Below, piece after piece: positions 57,860-64,000 of a stretch of DNA of 64,000 nt. Source of the stretch: a virus; IMG/VR virus record IMGVR_UViG_3300032315_001604, positions 131,164 through 195,163 of that record, one strand, 5' to 3'. The notes under the pieces were generated by a model. That model did no database searches. It was given only the letters and a program-made list of their open reading frames with translations, and had not been told where the DNA came from. Position 1 is the first letter of the stretch; each line of letters starts with the position of its first letter. The position numbers were made by a program, and so were the translations under genes.

Positions 57860-58036
57860 ATGAACAGTGGATTTTGGTGGAACAAACAATGTATGAAGGC
57901 AGACGATAGTTTCTGGCCTCATTTGTCAAAAGATTCAAGAAAGCAAATGCTTGGAACTTATGATGAATATCTTCGTTCACAGAAGAAGATTAAGAATACT
58001 AAAAGATTTGTAGAACAAGAGGAAGGAGGTGAATAA
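57860..58036 (+). CDS. 58-aa early protein missed by the ORF track (MNSGFWWNKQ...)
   Basis: Manual translation; AGGAG ribosome-binding site; directly after the promoter. Confidence 0.6.
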   Translation: MNSGFWWNKQCMKADDSFWPHLSKDSRKQMLGTYDEYLRSQKKIKNTKRFVEQEEGGE

Positions 58037-58039
58037 TAA

Positions 58040-58261
58040 ATGACAAAAGAAATCCGTTATAACTTGGTAGATTTCACAAATGGTGAGATCAATCGTAATA
58101 CCCCAAGAGATGAGAAGATGGAAGTTCTTGCTGAGTACATCAACCCTGAACGCTATACGTTCCTCGGTTTTGACAAGAATGGTTCTATCTTGCGTCTGCG
58201 TCCTCGCTTTCACAATGTCCGTGATTGCAAAGGCCGCTTCGCAGTTCGCCGTAAACGATAG
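58040..58261 (+). CDS. Small early protein ending RFHNVRDCKGRFAVRRKR
   Basis: GGAGGTGA ribosome-binding site; followed by a terminator. Confidence 0.7.
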   Translation: MTKEIRYNLVDFTNGEINRNTPRDEKMEVLAEYINPERYTFLGFDKNGSILRLRPRFHNVRDCKGRFAVRRKR

Positions 58262-58275
58262 TCAAATCTCTAATT

Positions 58276-58337
58276 GAGGGTTCGCCCTCTTTTCTAACAA
58301 AAAAGCCTTATGGGAATCGCATCTCATAAGGCTTTTT
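58276..58337 (+). terminator. UUCG terminator hairpin plus a second long hairpin
   Basis: GAGGG-TTCG-CCCTC-TTTT; AAAAAGCCTTATG..CATAAGGCTTTTT. Confidence 0.75.
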
Positions 58338-58442
58338 CCTTTTCTTTGAGATACTATTCTCAAGAAACTTGCAATCTTCTAAAACCCTTTGATAAATGAT
58401 TCTCGCAAAACTTACAATCTTCTAAAAAATATCTTCGAAGTT

Positions 58443-58475
58443 TTAGAAGATTTCATGAATCTTGTAATCTTCTAA
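58443..58475. promoter_or_regulatory. 33-bp palindromic element, copy 1 (others at 59419-59451 and 63126-63158)
   Basis: TTAGAAGATT-N4-GAATC-N4-AATCTTCTAA. Confidence 0.75.
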
Positions 58476-58510
58476 AGATTTCGGCCTACGAAAAAAACGA
58501 AAAAAAGTCC

Positions 58511-58538
58511 TTGACGGATATTTTGGTTCTGGTAGAGT
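58511..58538 (+). promoter_or_regulatory. Early sigma70-type promoter
   Basis: A-tract, TTGACG-N16-TAGAGT. Confidence 0.75.
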
Positions 58539-58547
58539 TATTACGTT

Positions 58548-58754
58548 ATGGGACACACCTCTAAAGAGTTTATAAACAAGGTCGAAGAAGCCAAAAGTCT
58601 TGGTTTCCGTATCGAAGAAAAAGGCAACACCATCAAACTGTTTCCCCCTGATCCTACCTATCCGTTCTATACGGCTCATAGGGGAGAAAGAGCAGTTCAC
58701 CCTATCCGCAGATATTTGAAAAAATATCTTGCATCCATCAACAACAACCAATAG
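58548..58754 (+). CDS. Small HicA-like (dsRBD-fold) protein
   Basis: Pattern LGFRIEEKGNTIKLFPPD..YTAH..IRRYLKK and 68-aa size fit HicA, but the usual GSH motif is absent. Confidence 0.4.
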   Translation: MGHTSKEFINKVEEAKSLGFRIEEKGNTIKLFPPDPTYPFYTAHRGERAVHPIRRYLKKYLASINNNQ

Positions 58755-58768
58755 ATTACGTATACTAT

Positions 58769-58930
58769 ATGCACCAATACAAAGTCCACCTGCCCCAAAA
58801 AAACAATTGGGACTACGATGATAATATGCTTGACAGCTTCTTTATGTCAGGCTTGAACCGAAGCTCCTCATCTCATGAGGAAGAACAAGAGATTCGCCTT
58901 GACGAATCCTTGGACATGGATAAGAATTAA
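58769..58930 (+). CDS. 53-aa acidic early protein
   Basis: Manual translation MHQYKVHLPQKNNWDYDD...; fills the gap before the tRNA. Confidence 0.45.
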   Translation: MHQYKVHLPQKNNWDYDDNMLDSFFMSGLNRSSSSHEEEQEIRLDESLDMDKN

Positions 58931-58936
58931 CTTTAC

Positions 58937-59012
58937 GGCGCAGTAGTCCAATGGCAGAGACAACAGACTTAAAATCTGTCAAGTGTGGGTTCGAGTCCCA
59001 CCTGCGCTACCA
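58937..59012 (+). tRNA. trnL: tRNA-Leu(UAA) with short variable loop, CCA encoded
   Basis: Acceptor GGCGCAG/CTGCGCT; anticodon arm ACAGA-CTTAAAA-TCTGT; T arm GTGGG-TTCGAGT-CCCAC; ends ACCA. Confidence 0.9.
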
Positions 59013-59015
59013 CCT

Positions 59016-59240
59016 ATGACAATAAAACGAAACCACTGGCAAAACGAAGAGGTCATTCAAATTCTGAAACATCTCCGACTTGATTCAACATACGAACACT
59101 ACAACTATGCCCTTGATCAGGTGAATAGTATCTTTGCAAGATTCGAGCAACATTATACAGAACCTTCTGCGCTTGCATACTTGACCGACCAAGATTCAAT
59201 CATAGGAGTAGGCCCAAAAAAGTATGAACATCAAAGCTAA
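59016..59240 (+). CDS. Hypothetical early protein
   Basis: ATG just after the tRNA; the ORF-track start at 58983 lies inside the tRNA. Confidence 0.55.
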   Translation: MTIKRNHWQNEEVIQILKHLRLDSTYEHYNYALDQVNSIFARFEQHYTEPSALAYLTDQDSIIGVGPKKYEHQS

Positions 59241-59337
59241 CGAAATCATGAAAAAAACATCTCTCTTCATTGCATTTGTTTGGTGCATAATTTTTTGGGC
59301 ACTTATCGGCTATGGCATCCTCCATTTGCTGAAATAA
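59224..59337 (+). CDS. 37-aa membrane peptide
   Basis: MNIKANEIMKKTSLFIAFVWCIIFWALIGYGILHLLK, ending just before a terminator. Confidence 0.45.
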   Translation: MNIKANEIMKKTSLFIAFVWCIIFWALIGYGILHLLK

Positions 59338-59357
59338 AAAATCCAAACAACAAAAGC

Positions 59358-59389
59358 AAAAGGCGAATCTTTCGAGGTTCGCCTTTTTT
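59358..59389 (+). terminator. Intrinsic terminator with UUCG loop
   Basis: AAAAGGCGAATCT-TTCG-AGGTTCGCC-TTTTTT. Confidence 0.85.
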
Positions 59390-59764
59390 GTTTTTCACGG
59401 AAACGGCGGAAGCACCTTTTAGAAGATTGCATGAATCATTCCATCTTCTAAACCATGGCGGAAAGCTCCTAACATAAGGCGGAAGGGATGTCAAACCCTT
59501 TTAGAAGATGGTAAGATTCTTTTGAAAAAAAACTATTGACAGCTTTCTCCCCTTGTGAAAGACTTGGGCATGTTCAAACCAACGGACAAATACAAGATCG
59601 TGAAAAGCGACAAGCTCCAAGACCATCTTGACATGGAATTAAAAAATATCCTTGACATGTGGCTCAACCCTGAGTATGTTCGCGCTATTCAAAAATTGGA
59701 GGAAATCTACTCAAAACAAAATTATCTTTACAACTAACCAAAAACAACCTAACCTAAAAACACC

Positions 59765-61777
59765 ATGAAACTAAACACCACTACCAACACCATTGAACGT
59801 ATCGGCAACGTGTCCAACGAGGCACAGTTCCGTATGAAAACCTCGCAGAAGGCATTTCAGATTCTCTCTGACTTGTATTCTGACAAACCTCTCGCCGTTG
59901 TGCGTGAGTTGGGATGTAATGCTGCTGACAGCATGAGTGCTGCTGGCAAAGCAGACCAACCCTTCAACATCCATCTTCCTAACTCTCTGGAACCTTGGTT
60001 GACCATTCAAGACTTTGGGACAGGCATTTCCCATAAAGACATCTATGACATCTATACTGTCTATTTTGCTTCGACCAAGACCAACAGCAATAGTCAGATT
60101 GGTTGCCTTGGTCTTGGCAGTAAGTCTCCCTTCTGCTATACGGACAACTTCTCTGTGACCTCTATCGTCAACGGAGAGAAGCGCATCTACAATGCTTACT
60201 TCAATGAAGAAGGCACTCCTGCGATTGCGGTTATGTCCACGACCAACACCACTGAATCCAATGGGGTCGCCGTCCAGATTCCGATTAAGGCTACGGACTT
60301 CAACGACTTTACTGTTGCTGTCGAGAAGGCATTTCGTTTCTTCGATGTCAAGCCTAACATCACTGGTGGAAAGATTGCATGGAATACGGACAAGCCTCTC
60401 TTTGTGGCAGACGATTGGGCTTTCTATGAGAAGATGGCAGACCGCTATCACGGCGAATCCTTCGCTATCATGGGCGGCGTGACCTATCCTATCAATACCT
60501 ACCAAGTGCGTGATGAAGAAGGCGAGTATCATCAGATGCTTCGTAATGGTCTGGTCTTGAAGTTTGCGATGGGAGAGTTGGACTTCACTCCTGCGAGGGA
60601 TGCTCTCTCCTATACTCCTATGACAATCAAGGCGATTCACGATAAGCTCGCCAAAGTCAAGGCAGAGTTGCCCATCAAGGTCACGGAGATTATCGACCAG
60701 AAAGATACTCTCTTGGAAGGAATCCGTGCTACCTTGTTCTTCATCGAGAAGTTCTACTTCCTCAACATGAATCGCATTGGTTCAAACAAGAATGTCAAGA
60801 TCACTTGGAAAGGTATTGACATTACAGAACCTACTGGCTTTTTCAAAAAGCTCGCGCCTGACATGGAGTTGTTCAGCAAACGATCCTATCATCGTCGCAA
60901 GATCAGCGTCAGCACTCAACCACAATTCGGTAGTGAGATCGAATGGTATGTCAATGACATGAATCGTGGTGGAGAACGTCGAGTGCGCTCCTATGTTTCT
61001 ACCACAAGCAAGACTGTCATGGTATTCAATGCTGTTGACTATAACAATCTGCTCCAAAACAATTTTGCAGCCGATATGTTCAAGATGGCATCTTCGCTTC
61101 CTTCTCCTACTGTTCACCGCAAGGTTCGTAGTAATGGAACAGTTGTGCAAAAAGCCAAGGAAGATATTACTATCTACAACTTTGGGGAAATGCACAAAGA
61201 GAAGTGGGACAGTGAAGTGATCGAACCTTCCGAGAATCTTCCTAAATACTACTTTGTCAAAGAGACAGATGGTTGGGGATTGAAGCTCAAGCTCAACGGC
61301 ATCCGAGTTCTTTCTACCAAGGGAGAGTTGGCAAACATTCTCGCCGCTTTCGGTATCTCGCGTGATGAAGTCTGCATGGTTTCCTCGCGTGAGGAGAAGA
61401 AGATTATCCAACGTGGAGGATGCAAGAATCTTGCAACGTGGTGGAACACTAACATCAAAGTCGAGTTCGATGCGAATGAGTTGAAAACTCTGGAAGAATA
61501 CGAGTTCTACCACATGGACAATATCATTGGTCATAAGAAGTTCAAAGACCTTGACGATTCCAATTCCATCAAGGTTGCAATCAATACGCTCAAGACCTTG
61601 AAAGCAAAGTATGTCAAGATCAAAGATGTCTCGCACTACTTGGAAAACTTCAAGAACGGAAAGAAAGTCAAGTTCCCTCTTACGGAAGCGGAAGCGATTG
61701 TGTTTGACTTCATCCGTAATTGCGGTCACTACGATTGCGACAAGTATATGGTGCTTGCCAAAGCACTTGAAAAATAA
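59765..61777 (+). CDS. rIIA: rIIA-like protein (N-terminal GHKL/HSP90-like ATPase)
   Basis: AFQILSDLYSDKPLAVVRELGCNAADS, IQDFGTGI, YFASTK..IGCLGLGSKSPF, G..YP; adjacent to rIIB. Confidence 0.9.
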   Translation: MKLNTTTNTIERIGNVSNEAQFRMKTSQKAFQILSDLYSDKPLAVVRELGCNAADSMSAAGKADQPFNIHLPNSLEPWLTIQDFGTGISHKDIYDIYTVYFASTKTNSNSQIGCLGLGSKSPFCYTDNFSVTSIVNGEKRIYNAYFNEEGTPAIAVMSTTNTTESNGVAVQIPIKATDFNDFTVAVEKAFRFFDVKPNITGGKIAWNTDKPLFVADDWAFYEKMADRYHGESFAIMGGVTYPINTYQVRDEEGEYHQMLRNGLVLKFAMGELDFTPARDALSYTPMTIKAIHDKLAKVKAELPIKVTEIIDQKDTLLEGIRATLFFIEKFYFLNMNRIGSNKNVKITWKGIDITEPTGFFKKLAPDMELFSKRSYHRRKISVSTQPQFGSEIEWYVNDMNRGGERRVRSYVSTTSKTVMVFNAVDYNNLLQNNFAADMFKMASSLPSPTVHRKVRSNGTVVQKAKEDITIYNFGEMHKEKWDSEVIEPSENLPKYYFVKETDGWGLKLKLNGIRVLSTKGELANILAAFGISRDEVCMVSSREEKKIIQRGGCKNLATWWNTNIKVEFDANELKTLEEYEFYHMDNIIGHKKFKDLDDSNSIKVAINTLKTLKAKYVKIKDVSHYLENFKNGKKVKFPLTEAEAIVFDFIRNCGHYDCDKYMVLAKALEK

Positions 61778-61829
61778 TTGAAAAAATCTATTGACAACAA
61801 ACAACAAACCATATAACCTAAAAGACGAT

Positions 61830-62819
61830 ATGAATAACCATACCACAGCAGTTACTATTACAGGCAACGGCAAGATTGCCGCTGTTATCGACGGCACGGC
61901 TTACTCCGTGGAAACCGATCACCCGAACCATGCCAAGGCACTTGACGCTATTCGCAACAGCGATTGGGAAGCCTTCTTGGATTGTGTTGACCTTTCTCGC
62001 AAAGTCCGTGATTACACTCACAACACCAACGTCGAGATTAAGGACGGCATCATCGTGTTCGATGGTGAGCCAGTTCACAACACCTTGACCAAGAGGGTCA
62101 TTAGCTTCATGCAGCAAGACTTGCCCTTCAAGCCTATGCTCAACTTCCTCTGCAACCTCATGGAGAATCCCTCCAAGAGAGCCGTGGATGAGTTGTATGA
62201 TTTCCTTGAGGCAGGTGAGTTGCCCCTTACTGAAGATGGTCACTTCCTCGCCTTCAAGAATGTCAAGTCTGACTACAAAGACATCTACTCTGGCAAGTTT
62301 GACAATGCGGTTGGTGCTATCTGTGAAATGAAGCGCAACCAAGTTGACGAGGACAAAGATCGCACTTGCAGCTACGGCTTGCACTTCTGCTCTATTGCTT
62401 ACCTTCCTCACTTCCGAGACAGCAACGGAGGAAAGACTATGATCGTCAAGATCAATCCAAAGGATGTTGTGGCGATTCCCGCCGATTACAACAACACCAA
62501 AGGACGCACTTGCCGCTACGAAGTTATTGGTGAATACACCGAAAACTGGCGCGAGAAGATTGGCCGTGGAGAATCTGGTTGGGATGCTGACCTCTACTCC
62601 TCCGATGGTGGAGAGTATGAGGATGAGGATTCCGATGAGTGGAACGATTGCTGCGATGACGGCAACTGCTACTGCAACGAAGATGATCAAGCCTATGATG
62701 ATCACTTGGATGAAGTCAGCAACGGATACTCTCCCGATGTTTATGGAGTCAAACCTAACGGAGACAGATACCACAATGTCCGTGGCGATGATGGGAAGTT
62801 CCAGAAGAAGAATGTGTAG
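61830..62819 (+). CDS. rIIB: rIIB-like protein; start moved to ATG 61830
   Basis: NFLCNLMENPSKRAVDELYDFL..LPLTEDGHFLAFK.V, CSYGLHFCS..YL, VKINPKDVVAIP.DYNNTKGRTCRYEV. Confidence 0.92.
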   Translation: MNNHTTAVTITGNGKIAAVIDGTAYSVETDHPNHAKALDAIRNSDWEAFLDCVDLSRKVRDYTHNTNVEIKDGIIVFDGEPVHNTLTKRVISFMQQDLPFKPMLNFLCNLMENPSKRAVDELYDFLEAGELPLTEDGHFLAFKNVKSDYKDIYSGKFDNAVGAICEMKRNQVDEDKDRTCSYGLHFCSIAYLPHFRDSNGGKTMIVKINPKDVVAIPADYNNTKGRTCRYEVIGEYTENWREKIGRGESGWDADLYSSDGGEYEDEDSDEWNDCCDDGNCYCNEDDQAYDDHLDEVSNGYSPDVYGVKPNGDRYHNVRGDDGKFQKKNV

Positions 62820-62837
62820 TGGTGCTGGTTAGTGGGT

Positions 62838-62870
62838 AGGGGGAGAGAGTTGTGGTGGCTCTCTCCCCCT
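62838..62870 (+). other. 12-bp GC-rich hairpin between rIIB and the tRNAs
   Basis: AGGGGGAGAGAG/CTCTCTCCCCCT with no U-tract. Confidence 0.6.
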
Positions 62871-62923
62871 CTACTATTGAAACATGCAATCTTCTAAACA
62901 CCACATTAAGTATTTTATATTTT

Positions 62924-62996
62924 GCGTTTGTAGCTCAGTGGATAGAGCAGTAGCCTTCTAAGCTATTGGTCGCAGGTTCGATCCCTGCCAAACGCG
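62924..62996 (+). tRNA. trnR: tRNA-Arg(UCU), CCA not encoded
   Basis: Acceptor GCGTTTG/CAAACGC; anticodon loop CTTCTAA; T loop TTCGATC. Confidence 0.95.
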
Positions 62997-63000
62997 CATA

Positions 63001-63072
63001 GGGTTGGTAGCTCAAAGGTAGAGCAGTGCCCTTTTAAGGCATTGGTTGAGAGTTCGAATCTCTCCCAACCCA
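63001..63072 (+). tRNA. trnK: tRNA-Lys(UUU), CCA not encoded
   Basis: Acceptor GGGTTGG/CCAACCC; anticodon loop CTTTTAA; T loop TTCGAAT. Confidence 0.95.
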
Positions 63073-63079
63073 TTTTTTT

Positions 63080-63104
63080 ACCCGCCAAATTTGGCGGGTT
63101 TTTT
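63080..63104 (+). terminator. Intrinsic terminator after the tRNAs
   Basis: ACCCGCCA-AATT-TGGCGGGT followed by a T-tract. Confidence 0.85.
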
Positions 63105-63183
63105 ATTTTTACGGGCAAAGACGTTTCAGAAGATTGCAAGAATCATTTAATCTTCTAAAACTTTTCGATCAGGAAAAAAAGAT

Positions 63184-63211
63184 TTGACAGAATATCTCTA
63201 CCTGATAGAGT
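63184..63211 (+). promoter_or_regulatory. Early sigma70-type promoter; similar sites at 59652, 61791, 63412 and 63693
   Basis: A-tract, TTGACA-N16-TAGAGT. Confidence 0.75.
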
Positions 63212-63212
63212 C

Positions 63213-63455
63213 ATGGACGATATGAAAAACATCACCCTACTCATCAATGTTGTTGTGGAATACTTTCAAAATAACTTTGAAAGGATTTACTTCCGCAAAC
63301 ACGTTCCGTCATTCCTCGCATACAGCGTTTCCACCTTTACCAACGAATCTTGGTTGGATGGTATTGTTCGCCAAGGCAGACTGATGGAACAACTTTATTA
63401 TTACAAAACCCTTGACACATCTGAGGGTTCTGATAGACTTCTTAAAGTTGCATGA
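63213..63455 (+). CDS. Hypothetical early protein
   Basis: ATG immediately after the promoter, possibly leaderless. Confidence 0.5.
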   Translation: MDDMKNITLLINVVVEYFQNNFERIYFRKHVPSFLAYSVSTFTNESWLDGIVRQGRLMEQLYYYKTLDTSEGSDRLLKVA

Positions 63456-63500
63456 TGGTCATGTGACTTTACAGACTAACAATAAACAGATAAAAAATTA

Positions 63501-63686
63501 ATGAAACATATTCCAACCCTTACTCTGGTCTTCTTTAAAGAGACGGAGCTTTACGGATACGAATACGATGATGTAGATGGTCTTACTCAAGTTGAGTATG
63601 GCTATCCCAATGTGGACGCTGCTCTTGGCAGTGCCTTCAAACACCTCAAGACATTCATTGTCTTGGAGGATGTCGAAACCAAATAA
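63501..63686 (+). CDS. Hypothetical early protein
   Basis: Behind the promoter at 63412-63439. Confidence 0.6.
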   Translation: MKHIPTLTLVFFKETELYGYEYDDVDGLTQVEYGYPNVDAALGSAFKHLKTFIVLEDVETK

Positions 63687-63728
63687 AACTTGTTGACAAA
63701 CTCTTTGTCACTTTATAGTCTTAAGACG

Positions 63729-63974
63729 ATGAAACGATATATCTACAAAGTCTCGTTCTCTGTCGAGGTTATCGCGGAGAACAAGACCGATGCAGATGGA
63801 GCCATTCAAGAGTTGGATTACAACTTCTTGGAGACAACTGGATGCGCTTCACTTCAATCATTCGAGATGAGTGATATGGAAGTCGAACACATTCATCCAC
63901 TAACTGAAAAAGAAATGGAACAATACTTCGATGATGCCAATAGGCTCATCCCTGTTGAACAACTAACCAAATAA
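63729..63974 (+). CDS. Hypothetical acidic early protein; start moved to 63729
   Basis: The track start TTG 63690 overlaps a -35 box; an in-frame ATG lies at 63729. Confidence 0.6.
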   Translation: MKRYIYKVSFSVEVIAENKTDADGAIQELDYNFLETTGCASLQSFEMSDMEVEHIHPLTEKEMEQYFDDANRLIPVEQLTK

Positions 63975-63978
63975 CAAT

Positions 63979-64000
63979 ATGCCTAACTGGTGCAACAATA
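63979..64000 (+). CDS. Start of a truncated ORF, MPNWCNN (DUF1281/YubB-like N-terminus)
   Basis: MPNWCxN is a recurrent N-terminus of that family; only 7 codons are visible. Confidence 0.4.

Noticed and set aside
59771-62774. Long antisense ORFs over rIIA/rIIB (also 55215..55832 over the glycosyltransferase)
   Set aside because: They are fully antisense to recognisable genes and are expected from codon bias that removes reverse-strand stops.
58937-63110. Theta/HDV-like ribozymes next to the tRNAs
   Set aside because: The downstream sequences are an ORF start, a 4-nt spacer and a plain terminator; I saw no nested pseudoknot.
1-64000. Stop-codon reassignment
   Set aside because: Genes are long and tightly packed under the standard code, and there is no suppressor-anticodon tRNA.

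Overview
This window comes from a large, AT-rich T4-like myophage. It runs from a tail-fibre end through head/neck genes (gp13, gp4, gp21, gp22, gp23, probable gp16), the clamp loader gp44 and baseplate genes (gp25, gp6). These are followed by very large adsorption/baseplate-accessory proteins, probable capsid-internal proteins and glycan-modifying enzymes. A repeat-rich non-coding gap (about 57.0-57.85 kb) precedes a visibly more GC-rich early region with sigma70-type promoters, palindromic cassettes, rIIA/rIIB and three tRNAs. The standout is 12482-12851, an intergenic group I ribozyme that reads as a natural circularly permuted intron. Its order is P3-P9, omega-G, a 106-nt structured exon, then P1, and a 22-bp helix in the P2 position closes the element. 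It is predicted to release a circular RNA. All RNA pairings and family calls were made by eye; no searches or folding programs were run.
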